From: Eledone cirrhosa
Lineage: Eukaryota
NCBI GenBank assembly: GCA_964016885.1
Contig: OZ024746.1
Location: forward strand, 78,430,001-78,494,000
Direction of reading: 5' to 3'
DNA length: 64,000 nucleotides
In this document: positions 11,405-23,385 of the stretch, one piece after another
Layout: each line of letters starts with the position of its first letter
Numbering within the stretch: the stretch's first letter is position 1
Position numbers and translations under genes: made by a program
Notes under the pieces: generated by a model
Told to the model about the DNA's origin: nothing
The model's input: only the letters and a program-made list of their open reading frames with translations
The model's database searches: none

Positions 11405-13534
11405 TTAGAGATGCCTACTGGCAAGGCGGGTCTTCTCTGTTACTGAGTACCGCCAAAGGTCTCGGTCCAGTGACATTGTCTTGGAGAGGTGTAAGTGTGT
11501 GAGGTCGGAGTTTATCAGCTCGTCCCAGGTTTTTCTAGGTCTGCCTATTCCGTGGCTACCGTCTATCTTTATTGCCCTGCACTTTGTTATACAGCTATCG
11601 ACTTTCATGCGCATCACGTGTCCATACCAACGTAGCCTTCTCTCGAGTAAACAACATCTGATCCCTCTTATCTCTAATTTTTTCCTTAGTTCGTTTATGC
11701 TTTGCCGTTCACGTATATTACTGTTACACATCCAGCGGAGCATGCAAGCTTCGTTCCTCTCTAGTCTGCGTATATCCTCTGCACACAATGCCCAGGTCTC
11801 ACTGCCATGCAACATTGCTGTTCGTATGCAGGCATCGTACAACCTGCCTTTCATTTTTAGGGAGAACCCTTTAGCAGCTAATAGTGGTATAAGCTCTCTG
11901 AACTTTTTCCAACCAGTTCTGACTCTAGCTACAGTACTTTCAGTGCACCCTCCCCCACTGCTGATTTTATCGCCCAGGTAACGGAAGCTGTCCACTATTT
12001 CTATAGAACCCTCTGCGCAATTGAAAGAGCTAGTATTGTGTGGGCACTTGCTGCTACTTATTGCACCAGAACACCGGCCACATGTAAAATCTATGTTCTT
12101 AGTTAGCTTACCTGTGATCCCACTACATCTTTTATGCACCCATACTTTGCATTTAGGACACAAAATGGAGTTTCTACCTACGCCTTTCCTACACACCGAG
12201 CACGACCATTTCCCAGAAGGGACCGCCGCCTTGTTTTCTTTCCTACAAACTAGAACTTTGGTCTTAGCCAGGTTAATTTTAAGTCCTTTTGACTCTAGGC
12301 CGTGCTTCCATGTTTGGAATTTCTTCTCTAGCTCGGCCATTGATTCCGCTATGAGTGTCAGGTCGTCTGCGTATAGGAGTTCCCATGGGCAGCCTGTCTT
12401 GAACTCCTCTGTTATAGCCTGAAGGGCAATAATAAATAGTAGGGGGCTGAGAACAGAGCCCTGATGGACGCCAACTTTTACGCTAAACTCTTCACTATAT
12501 TCGTTGTTAATTCTAACCTTGCTGACTGTTTCTTTATACATGGCTTGTATAGCCCTCACAAGCCATTCGTCAACGCCTAGTTTTCTAAGAGCCCACCAGA
12601 TAATGGAGCGGGGGACTCTGTCGAAGGCTTTCTCCAAGTCGACAAAAGCTAAGTAGAGGGGTTTACCTTTAGCTAGGTACTTCTCCTGTAGTTGTCGTAC
12701 TATGAAAAGAGCGTCTGTGGTACTTTTGCCTGACACAAACCCGAACTGCATTTCATCTAGGTCAATTCTCTCTCTGATTAGTTGCGCTATTACTTTTTCT
12801 GTGACCTTCATGACCTGGTCGATTAATTTAATGCCTCTATAGTTACTCCTATCTAGGGCGTCTCCTTTACCCTTATAACAGTTAACGATGATGCTGCTAT
12901 GCCAGTCCTTCGGAACAGCCCCATTCTGTACGACTTGGTTAACTATGCGGGTGACCATGGTGTGTCCCACCGTGCCAGATGCCTTCAGCATCTCAGCAAC
13001 TATTTCCGAAGGCCCAGCCGCCTTACCTGTCTTCATATCCTTGATTGCCTTACTTATTATACTCCCCTCGACTAACACTGCTGGTCCCTCTATTGGGTCG
13101 ACATGGGGGAGACTGTCTTTCTCCCATTTATTCTCCTCATTTAGTAGCCTTTCATAGTGACACTTCCAAGCTGCCTTCTTATCAGTGTCGGTGATGGCAA
13201 GTATGCCATCATCGTTAAGTACACACTTCTCCCCGACAATATCACGGTTTTCCTTGACGCATTGCCTAGCAATCCTGAACACCTCACGTTTTTGGTCATC
13301 GCGTTGTAGGACATGCTTGAACTTTCTTTCCTCAGCTTCCCTTCTTGCTAAGTACACTTCTCTCCTAGCTTCCCTCCTGGCCACTTGATAGTCTACTCTA
13401 CTTCCCCCATCCCGCCATACTTTCCAAGCCTGCTTTTTGGCCTTAATTGACTCCTCCACCTTACTGTTCCACCACCATGTTACTCTCCTCCTGCCTACAG
13501 GCCTGCTCCAGCCACAGACTTCGTCTGTGGCCAA
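11405..13534 (-). CDS. RTE LINE ORF, C-terminal part: reverse transcriptase, PHD-like Cys/His finger and RTE C-terminus
   Basis: YRGIKL, QFGF, FVDLEKAFDRV, GVHQGSVLSPLLF, LLYADD (12362-12373), CSVC...CPKC...HKRC...CGRC, FRYLG, RRLRWYGHVMRM, GRPRKTW. The frame extends upstream as IEGQWEFLKANLLL. Confidence 0.95.
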   Translation of the reverse strand: MATDEVCGWSRPVGRRRVTWWWNSKVEESIKAKKQAWKVWRDGGSRVDYQVARREARREVYLARREAEERKFKHVLQRDDQKREVFRIARQCVKENRDIVGEKCVLNDDGILAITDTDKKAAWKCHYERLLNEENKWEKDSLPHVDPIEGPAVLVEGSIISKAIKDMKTGKAAGPSEIVAEMLKASGTVGHTMVTRIVNQVVQNGAVPKDWHSSIIVNCYKGKGDALDRSNYRGIKLIDQVMKVTEKVIAQLIRERIDLDEMQFGFVSGKSTTDALFIVRQLQEKYLAKGKPLYLAFVDLEKAFDRVPRSIIWWALRKLGVDEWLVRAIQAMYKETVSKVRINNEYSEEFSVKVGVHQGSVLSPLLFIIALQAITEEFKTGCPWELLYADDLTLIAESMAELEKKFQTWKHGLESKGLKINLAKTKVLVCRKENKAAVPSGKWSCSVCRKGVGRNSILCPKCKVWVHKRCSGITGKLTKNIDFTCGRCSGAISSSKCPHNTSSFNCAEGSIEIVDSFRYLGDKISSGGGCTESTVARVRTGWKKFRELIPLLAAKGFSLKMKGRLYDACIRTAMLHGSETWALCAEDIRRLERNEACMLRWMCNSNIRERQSINELRKKLEIRGIRCCLLERRLRWYGHVMRMKVDSCITKCRAIKIDGSHGIGRPRKTWDELINSDLTHLHLSKTMSLDRDLWRYSVTEKTRLASRHL

Positions 13535-14681
13535 CAGCAGGTTTGCTTTCAGAAATTCCCACTGTCCCTCTATTGTCCGACTCTAAGTGTTCTTCCTTAC
13601 TGTCGAAAGCATCAAGTAATATGTTTTGAAATTTATTTTTGGCTGTGGGGTCCTTTAGCTTCCATATTTTTCTCCTGAGGATAGTCCTCTTCTGCTGTCG
13701 AGTACGTCTCGACCTGACTATGAGGTCGCTAATTATCAGTCTATGTTGGGAGGTGCATTCTTCATGGGGGAGGGATTTAGTGTTTACAACAGACACTCTG
13801 TCACGTCTTCTGGTAAGGATATAATCTACCTGGCTTGTGTGTTCCCCGGATCTATAGGTGATCAGGTGATTGTCACGTTTTTTGAAGTTAGTGTTACAGA
13901 TAGTTAGGTTATTTGCATCACAGAATTCCAGGATTCTGGAGCCTTCCTCATTTCTAGTACCAAACCCATAGCCTCCATGGATTTCGTCGTAGCCGTCACA
14001 ATGTTGCCCAACGTGACCATTTAGGTCGCCTGCAATAATTATATAGTCACTGTCAGATATTTGGGAGGTAGTGAGCATCAGTGTCTCATAGAATCTGTCT
14101 TTTATAGTGCCGGGCAGTCCGGATTGGGGTGCATACGCAGATATTACTGTCACCGTAGTTCTATTGAGGACAAGTCGTATTTTAATTATTCTGTCGTTCA
14201 CTCTATTTACGTCTATTATCTTATCCGCCCACTTTTCTGCTACCATGATTCCTACTCCACCCAGCCCATCGTCGTTTCCCACCCAGAAAAGCTTATAACA
14301 TCGTTTTTTACCCTCAATGAATCTAGCAGACCCACCCCTCCACCTGGTCTCTTGAATACAACAAACATCGACCTCCTTACGTTCAAGCATTTCTACAACC
14401 TCGTTAGCGCGCCCCTTTAGGGTGCCTACATTTATGGTACCAACTCTGAAGTTTTGGATCGCGTTTGGAGGGTGGGGGTGGTGTGGGGCGGGGGGAGATG
14501 GGGTTATGTTAGCCATCCGCGGGCGAAACAAAGAAGAGTGCTCGCATTCTCGTCCACGAGGTGAATTTGACTTTAGCATTGGCATTTTCGCTCTGAGCGT
14601 CCAGATTTTTCTCTCCCCTCCACTCTCCAGGATTCCGCAGTCCGTCCATCCATCCATCATATATCGAAGGCAACCGTGCAA
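13461..14681 (-). CDS. RTE LINE ORF, N-terminal part: apurinic-like endonuclease (frameshifted at about 13572)
   Basis: APE motifs GTINVGTL, CCIQETRW, SAYAPQ, IAGDLNGHVG, QVDYIL, SQHRL. The last about 37 aa are out of frame. True start uncertain (ATG of MANIT at 14516 is plausible). Confidence 0.9.
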   Translation of the reverse strand: MHGCLRYMMDGWTDCGILESGGERKIWTLRAKMPMLKSNSPRGRECEHSSLFRPRMANITPSPPAPHHPHPPNAIQNFRVGTINVGTLKGRANEVVEMLERKEVDVCCIQETRWRGGSARFIEGKKRCYKLFWVGNDDGLGGVGIMVAEKWADKIIDVNRVNDRIIKIRLVLNRTTVTVISAYAPQSGLPGTIKDRFYETLMLTTSQISDSDYIIIAGDLNGHVGQHCDGYDEIHGGYGFGTRNEEGSRILEFCDANNLTICNTNFKKRDNHLITYRSGEHTSQVDYILTRRRDRVSVVNTKSLPHEECTSQHRLIISDLIVRSRRTRQQKRTILRRKIWKLKDPTAKNKFQNILLDAFDSKEEHLESDNRGTVGISESKPAVGHRRSLWLEQACRQEESNMVVEQ

Positions 14682-15310
14682 GCGATAGTATAGGCCTCTG
14701 GCTTATGATTGGTCCGCGTAATAATAATAATGGTGATGCGTGTGGGGGGGGGGGGGTCTCTGGCTTATAGTAATAATGGTGATGCGTGTGGGGGGGGGGG
14801 GGTCTCTGGCTTATGATTGGTCCACGTATTAAGAATGGTGGTGTGTGGGGGCGGGTGGGAGGGATGTGGGGTAGCTAGCTGGAAGGTTATGAATGTTTAC
14901 CAGCGAGTAACAAAAAGCAAAACTGCAAGATTTGTTCTGTTCAATACGACAAAAACACCGTATTTAAACCTTAATAAATAACAAAAAATACAGATTTCGG
15001 ATTTTGCGGGATTGGATGTTTGTACGAAATTGTGGTGTGTGGAGGAGATAGGAAAAACGTGAACGTTACGATTACATGGTTACACCGTAGTAGGGGTAGT
15101 TGAAGCAGCAATTGTTTGGCGAAAGTGAATAAACATGAACGGGAATTTATCTTATATATATATGTGTGTGTGTGTGTGTGTAGCTAAGAGAGAGAGAGAG
15201 AGAGTGGGAAGGGGGAGAGAGAGAGAGAGAGAGTGGCTGACCGCAACCCCTCGTGAAGAAAATGGTGGGTGAGGGGTGTATGAGCGGGATTTTTGACTTT
15301 CGAGGTAGCA

Positions 15311-15352
<42 letters not shown>

Positions 15353-15395
15353 GAAAGGTATAGAAAATATTGTAGCATAAAGCCAACAGTATTCC

Positions 15396-15465
<70 letters not shown>

Positions 15466-15520
15466 TATACATGTATATATATATCTCAACATCTGCTTTT
15501 TCTGATAGTAAGGGTTGAAC

Positions 15521-15593
<73 letters not shown>

Positions 15594-15666
15594 TATATGT
15601 ATATATATATATATGGAAAGTTATATTTAAAATTGTTGGGTTACAACTATAAAACTGTTTATATTG

Positions 15667-15732
15667 TATTTTGTCTGAGGAAGGCATAGCATATTGTTAA
15701 TATGATATCCCCGAAATATATATAATGAAATA
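15667..15732 (+). ncRNA. Minimal type-I hammerhead-ribozyme-like motif (Penelope-type repeat)
   Basis: tattttgt-CTGAGGA-stem II (catatt/aatatg, ata/tat, gg/cc)-GAAA-tatatata-atgaaata. Confidence 0.55.
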
Positions 15733-15769
15733 AATATGGTTTTATAAATATAGTTTCCATTTATTTAAT

Positions 15770-15859
<90 letters not shown>

Positions 15860-15916
15860 CATATATATTTATATATATACATATATATATATATGTACAT
15901 ATATATTTATATATAT

Positions 15917-15948
<32 letters not shown>

Positions 15949-16239
15949 GTACATATATATTTATATATATACATATACACATATATATTTAAATATATAC
16001 ATATACACATATATATTTATATATATACATATACATGTATATATATACATTAATATATATATATACACACACACATACACATACACCCTTCATTATTACT
16101 GCTACTTCAGCTGTCAGTTCTGGGTGATTAATATATATTTCTTAATCCTTCTCTTCTTTGTTTCATATCTTTATGTTTTTTAAATTTGCTAGTGTGTGGT
16201 GAGGCCTTCAAACATGTCTGCCATATGTGTGGGTTAGGC

Positions 16240-16945
16240 ATATATATATATATGTGTGTGTGTGTGTATATAAGTATATGTGTGTGTGTGTTGGTATATA
16301 TATGTATATATGTATATGTGTGCCAGTATATATGTATATATATGTGTGTGTGTATATAAGTATATGTGTGTGTGTGTTGGTATATATATGTATATATGTA
16401 TATGTGTGCCAGTATATATGTGTGTGTGTGTGTGTGTATATATGTATATGTGTGTCTGTATATATGTATATATGTATATGTGTGTGTGTGTCGGTGTATA
16501 TATGTATATATATATGCGTGTGTGTGTGTATGTATGTGTATATATGTATATATGTATATATATATGTGTGTGTGTGTGTCAGTATATATGTATATATGTG
16601 TGTGTGTGTGTGTCGGTATATATGTATATGTGTGTGTGTGTCGGTATATATGTATATATATGTGTGTGTGTGTGTGTCGGTATATATGTATATGTGTGTG
16701 TGTGTATGTATATGTGTGTCGGTATATATGTATATGTGTGTGTGTGTCAGTATATATGTATATATGTGTGTGTGTGCGTGTCGGTATATATGTATATGTG
16801 TGTGTGTGTCGGTATATATGTATAGATATGTGTGTGTGTGTGTGTCGGTATATATGCATATGTGTGTGTGTGTATGTATATGTGTGTCGGTATATATGTA
16901 TATGTGTGTGTGTGTATATGTATATATGTATGTGTCGGTGTATAT
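16240..16945. repeat. TG/TA compound minisatellite
   Basis: Recurring gtgtgtcggtatatatgtatat. Confidence 0.88.
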
Positions 16946-17300
16946 GTACACATGTGTGTATGAGAGTGAGCGAGAGAGCCCATGTGTGTGTTTGTATATG
17001 TGTGGCGAATTCCAGTTGACTTTGTTTTTAGGGGGTAGGTATATATGCGTGCGTGTGTGTGTGTATATTAGTGAGATAGAGAGAGTGTGTGTGTGTGTGT
17101 GTGTGTGTGTATTAGTGAGATAGAGAGAGTGCGTGTGTGTGTGTGTGTTTTGTGTGAAGTACGTGTATGTTGTGTGTGGCAGATTGAAATGAAACAAATT
17201 ATATTCAGTATTCTAATAAATTTCTTATCATCATCATCACCATCATCGTCATAGTCACCATCACCATCATCATCATCATCATTATTTAAGTAGCGGTGGA

Positions 17301-17700
17301 TTGGCAGTATCGGTGGAGGGTCGGACGCCATGCTTTCCAGCATAGTTACGTCCCTTTACGATCTGAGTTCAAATCCCGCCGAGGTTAACTTTGCCTTTCA
17401 TCCTTACGGGGTCGATAGAATAAAGTACCAGTAATGCACTGGGTAATTGCTGGCCTTGTGCCTAAAGTAGAAACAATTATTTAAGTAGTGTGTTAACTTT
17501 GCCTTTCATCCTTACGGGGTCGATAAAATAAAGTACCAGTAATGCACTGGGTAATTGCTGGCCTTGTGCCTAAAGTAGAAACAATTATTTAAGTAGTGTG
17601 TTAACTTTGCCTTTCATCCTTACGGGGTCGATAAAATAAAGTACCAGTAATGTACTGGGTAATTGCTGGCCTTGTGCCTAAAGTAGAAACAATTATTTAA
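17301..17700 (+). mobile_element. Young tRNA-derived SINE (family A) with two extra tandem copies of its 3' half
   Basis: ttggcagtatcgg...gagttcaaatccc (B-box-like)...gactttgcctttcatccttacggggtcgataaaataaagtaccag...aacaattatt; 3' part repeated at about 17491 and 17599. Confidence 0.8.
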
Positions 17701-17792
17701 GTAGTGTGTTGGTTGGTAGAAATCTGTACCAAACTACAAATGATTTACAATATGTAGTTAGCCATACCTTTCTGTGTTCACTGTTCTGAAGT

Positions 17793-18884
17793 CTACTCCA
17801 GCTGGTATCCAGACTCCACAAGCTGTTTAAATAATTTTAAGTGAGGACCTTTGTTAAGTTATGTTCCAAATTCCAGCTACTCCAACTGGTATCCAGACTC
17901 CACAAGCTGTTTAAATAATTTTAAGTGAGGAGCTTTGTTAAGTTATGTTCCAAATTCCAGCTACTCCAGCTGGTATCCAGACTCCACAAGCTGTTTAAAT
18001 AATTTTAAGTGAGGAGCTTTGTTAAGTTATGTTCCAAATTCCAGCTACTCCAGCTGGTATCCAGACTCCACAAGCTGTTTAAATAATTTTAAGTGAGGAC
18101 CTTTGTTAAGTTATGTTCCAAATTCCAGCTACTCCAACTGGTATCCAGACTCCACAAGCTGTTTAAATAATTTTAAGTGAGGACCTTTGTTAAGTTATGT
18201 TCCAAATTCCAGCTACTCCAACTGGTATCCAGACTCCACAAGCTGTTTAAATAATTTTAAGTGAGGACCTTTGTTAAGTTATGTTCCAAATTCCAGCTAC
18301 TCCAACTGGTATCCAGACTCCACAAGCTGTTTAAATAATTTTAAGTGAGGACCTTTGTTAAGTTATGTTCCAAATTCCAGCTACTCCAACTGGTATCCAG
18401 ACTCCACAAGCTGTTTAAATAATTTTAAGTGAGGAGCTTTGTTAAGTTATGTTCCAAATTCCAGCTACTCCAACTGGTATCCAGACTCCACAAGCTGTTT
18501 AAATAATTTTAAGTGAGGAGCTTTGTTAAGTTATGTTCCAAATTCCAGCTACTCCAACTGGTATCCAGACTCCACAAGCTGTTTAAATAATTTTAAGTGA
18601 GGAGCTTTGTTAAGTTATGTTCCAAATTCCAGCTACTCCAACTGGTATCCAGACTCCACAAGCTGTTTAAATAATTTTAAGTGAGGAGCTTTGTTAAGTT
18701 ATGTTCCAAATTCCAGCTACTCCAACTGGTATCCAGACTCCACAAGCTGTTTAAATAATTTTAAGTGAGGAGCTTTGTTAAGTTATGTTCCAAATTCCAG
18801 CTACTCCAACTGGTATCCAGACTCCACAAGCTGTTTAAATAATTTTAAGTGAGGAGCTTTGTTAAGTTATGTTCCAAATTCCAG
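17793..18884. repeat. Tandem array of 13 x 84-bp units
   Basis: Unit ctactcca(a/g)ctggtatccagactccacaagctgtttaaataattttaagtgagga(c/g)ctttgttaagttatgttccaaattccag; only two variable positions seen. Confidence 0.95.
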
Positions 18885-18947
18885 CTTAATAATGAGAAAG
18901 TTTGTCATATTACTAAACCCATCCAAATTCTTCATTATTTCCAAAAC

Positions 18948-19120
18948 TATCGGTAGAGGGTCGGACGCCATGCTTTGAAACATAGAGTTACGGCCCTTGC
19001 TTTCTGAGTTCAAATGCTGCCGAGGTTAACTTTGCCTTTCATCCTTACGGGGTCGATAAAATAAAGTACCAGTAATGCACTGTGTATTGCTGGCCTTGTG
19101 TCAAAAGTAGAAACAATTAT
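18948..19120 (+). mobile_element. SINE family A
   Basis: Matches the 17301 copy. Confidence 0.8.
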
Positions 19121-20892
19121 TTCCCAAGCTATTTGAAAACCATAGACATCAGTTCTTTCATTTGATATATGATAAGAAAAAGGTTAAACTGTTTATATTT
19201 ATCTAAAACCCCTTCCATCAGCAATTTAGATAGAAATATGGCAGCGAAAGGATTGAACATTCAGCTACAGTTTGAGAAGAAGAAAAGAAATACCAATAAA
19301 ATAATAAAGCAACAACCAAAATATGACAAGTTTAAATGGTTGTGGGGTGGAAAGGGAAAGAGAGAAGAGAAAAAAATATGAAACGTTGGTCGATGGACAT
19401 TATATCTAAAATTGGTTACTGGTGCCATTTATAAAGATCTGGATTCTGATATTGACAATTCAGTGTCCATTGTTGTCAGTCTGATCTTGCCTCTGTTTCT
19501 GTTGAGTTGATCTCATCTCATCTCATCTGCTATTTAGTATTTGGCAGACTTTTATTCTTTGCCATATCTAGCTGAGAAAAACTGGATGTTAAATGATGGT
19601 GGTGGTGCTTATGGTGATAGTGATGGTGGTGGTGTTGGTGGTGGTGGTTATGGTGATGATGATGGTGGTGGTGGTGGTGGTGTGGTGGATATGGTGGTGG
19701 CAGTGGTGGTATGGTGGTGGTGATAATGATCGTGGTTGTGGTGGTGGTGGTGACGGTGGTGGTTGTGATGGTGTTGGAGGCGGTAATGGTCATGATGAGG
19801 ATGATGGCAGTGGTAATAGTTGTGATGTTAGTGGTGGGGACGATGATGGTGGTGCTGGTGGGGGTGGTGGGGGATGATGGTGATGGTGGTGGTGGTGGTG
19901 ATGATGATGGTGATCTCTCATTTTTAGCTTGAGTGCTGGAATCAACTTGACCATGACAAAATAGTTTCCTTCTTTCTATCTTTCTTTGTTTCTTTCTTCC
20001 TTTCCTTTTCCCCCCTACAGGGGAAGGTATGGTGATGGTGGTGTGGCAGTGAGAGTTGGGGAGATGGATTGGACAATGGAGGATGATGTACATTAAATAG
20101 ATGGCAAAAATGACCAGTCAACCCCCAAACATCTATATTTTCTATCTCTCACTCTCTCTCTCTCGCCCTTCTCTCATTCTTCTCTCTCTTGCTCTTTCTT
20201 CTCACCTCTCTCTCCTTTCTTCTCTCTCCTCTTCTTTTTTTTTCTCTCTCCTCCTCTCATCTCTCTCTCTTGCTCTTCTCTCATTCTGCTCTCTCTTGCT
20301 CTTTCCTTACACCTCTCTCTCCTTTCACTTTCCTCTTCATTTCTCTTCCTCTCACCTCTCTCGCTCTCTCTCTCTTGCTCTTCTCTCATTCTTTTCTCAT
20401 TCTTCTCTCTCTTGCTCTTTCCTTACACCTCTCTCTCCTTTCACTTTCCTCTTCATTTCTCTTCCTCTCACCTCTCTCTCTCTCTCTCTTGCTCTTCTCT
20501 CATTCTTTTCTCATTCTTCTCTCTCTTGCTCTTTCCTTACACCTCTCTCTCCTTTCACTTTCCTCTTCATTTCTCTTCCTCTCACCTCTCTCTCTCTCTC
20601 TCCTTTCTTTTCTATTCCTCTCTTCACCCCCCCCCCCCCCTCCAAGTGTTCTGCGGGTTGAATGGAAGTGTGACAGTAATACCGAAATATTAGCAAAGTT
20701 AATGTCCGTGAGGGATGTCATACAACAACCACCACCACAACAATAACAACAAGGTAAAAAGGATGAGGGTGAGGGTGATGGGCAGTAGAATACGCTACTC
20801 CCCCCCTCCCATTACCTTCCTGCATATCCGCACACTCATACCACTACACCCTCTAATCTATATTTGTACCTCCTCCTTCACTGTTCTAACCC

Positions 20893-21000
<108 letters not shown>

Positions 21001-21012
21001 TATATATATATT

Positions 21013-21044
<32 letters not shown>

Positions 21045-21109
21045 TATATATATTTATATATATATATACACATATATACATATACATATATGCATATATA
21101 TATATACAC

Positions 21110-21140
<31 letters not shown>

Positions 21141-21146
21141 CACATA

Positions 21147-21196
<50 letters not shown>

Positions 21197-21215
21197 CATA
21201 TATATATATACACAA

Positions 21216-21305
<90 letters not shown>

Positions 21306-21782
21306 TTTTTCTATCAGAGATAAAAAAAAAAAAAAACTGCACCGAAATCTCATTGGTATTGTAAATATGTAAGATTATGGATGATGTATTAAATCTAAAA
21401 TGCTTAGGTTAGTGAATGGATGGATGCCTGTCCATTCCATTCTTAATAGAACGCTTCCAATCCTTGGATTACTATGTCAGATTTTTAAAAGCTTCTTTAT
21501 CAGATTGCCTGCATCAATTTCACCCTATCACCCCCACCTTTTATTTTTGTCTTCCCAATACACTCCCATTCTATCTGTCTCTCTCTATCTCCCTCTGTCT
21601 GTCTCTCTCTATCTCCCTCTGTCTCTCTCTCTCTCCCTCTCTCTCTCTATCTCCCTCTGTCTGTCTTTCTCTATCTCCCTCTGTCTGTCTGTCTCTCTCT
21701 GTATGTCTGTCTCGCTCTATATGTCTGTCTCTCTCTCTCTCTTTCTCTGTCCCCCTCTCTCTCTCTCTCTCTCAGTGGACTT

Positions 21783-21814
<32 letters not shown>

Positions 21815-21883
21815 CCTCTCTCTTTTTCTCATTCTCTTCCTTTCACTTTTTTCTATCTCTTTCTCATTTATTCTCCCCCATTC

Positions 21884-21971
<88 letters not shown>

Positions 21972-22657
21972 ATTACTTTGCTCATTTTGGTCTCTCTCTT
22001 TTTTTTTTTCCATTCCTGGTTATTGGTTATTGGTTATTTTTGTGTCTTATATCTGAGACTGAGTTGTCATATGTGTGTCTTTCCCGGAGGGACCTTAGGT
22101 GTCTGTTCCCATTCTCAACACCACTTGAAACTATCATCATCCTTTTACATCTGTTTTCCCTGTTGACATTAGTTGGACTGGTTGAAATGCTCCAAGACCT
22201 GACAGATTGGAGCAACCAATCTTGCTCATTATGTTCCATATGTGGCTTGGTTTCTATGGCTTCATGTCCTTCCTAATGCCAGCCACCTTACAGGGTGTAC
22301 TGGGTGCATTTTCATGACACCAACACTACTATTTTACAGAGTGAACTGGGTGCATTTTATCCTGTCCAGTTTAAAAAAAAAGAAACACTATTCCCCATTA
22401 ACTTAACTGCTCTGAGAGTCATTGATGTATGAACATGTCTTCTCTTCATATCAACCTCAGCTTTTGTTTTTAAATTCTTTTATCCTTTTACTGGTTTCAG
22501 CCATGTAACTGTGGCCATGCTGGGGCACTGCCATGATTTAGTCAATAATATCCACTCCAGTTCATTTTTATCGATCTCTGTGTTTTGGAAAACTGCAAAG
22601 TTTCTGGACATAGACACAAACATAAACACTGACATGTGTTCTATATGTGTGTGTGTG

Positions 22658-22737
<80 letters not shown>

Positions 22738-22739
<2 letters not shown>

Positions 22740-22843
22740 AAAATGTATGAGCCCGACAGCAGAGCTCAAGCCGTTTCGACGGCTATTTCTGGACTCAGAA
22801 ATAGCCGTCGAAATGGCTTGAGCTCTGCCTTCATACTTTTTCC
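22738..22843. repeat. Foldback inverted repeat embedded in (TA)n
   Basis: 33-bp arms at 22759-22791 and 22796-22828 (one G-T pair), 4-nt loop, outer arms ggaaaatgtatga / tcatactttttcc. Confidence 0.9.
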
Positions 22844-23287
22844 TATATATATATATACATACTATTACCCACTCTACTACCTAAGTATTGAGTACTCTGG
22901 TGCATTATGGTCCATCTGGTTCCTTACCACAATTCCTTCGTTATATATATATATATCATCATCATTTCATTTTACGTCCGCTTTTCCCTGCATGCAAGGG
23001 TGTGACGGGAACTGATTCTGGCTTGATTTCTACAGCTGGATGCCCTTCCCAACACCAACCTCATTTACACTGAGTGCTGGGTGCTTTTTTGCCGTGGCAC
23101 CTCCACGACCACTTTGCAGAGGAATGATAGAGACCCCAGTCCCTATCATCTCATTTCTACAGCTGAGTAAACTGGAGCAATGTGAAATAAAGTGTCTTGC
23201 TCAAGGAAACAACCCGGCCTGAGAATTGAACTCACAACCTTTCGATTGCAAGGCCAATGCTCTAACCACTAAGCCATGTGCCTCCTT

Positions 23288-23385
<98 letters not shown>

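Larger units (their letters stand above)
11047..15146 (-). mobile_element. Near full-length RTE-clade non-LTR retrotransposon (LINE)
   Basis: APE and RT coding region at 11405-14681, about 340-nt 3' UTR ending in a (TGA)n tail at about 11047-11066, about 460-nt 5' region. Flanked by (TA)n on both sides. The 5' boundary is approximate. Confidence 0.93.

Noticed and set aside
13560-13585. Programmed ribosomal frameshift in the RTE
   Set aside because: No slippery heptamer. RTEs normally have a single ORF, so a simple indel explains it.
11481-14688. Plus-strand ORFs overlapping the RTE
   Set aside because: Antisense shadows of the RTE coding region.
17793-18884. 84-bp (28-codon) array as a zinc-finger or other coding repeat
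   Set aside because: No ORF across it in the track and no C2H2 pattern.
23215-23285. tRNA gene
   Set aside because: A and B boxes are present but there is no complete cloverleaf, and it continues into the SINE family B body.
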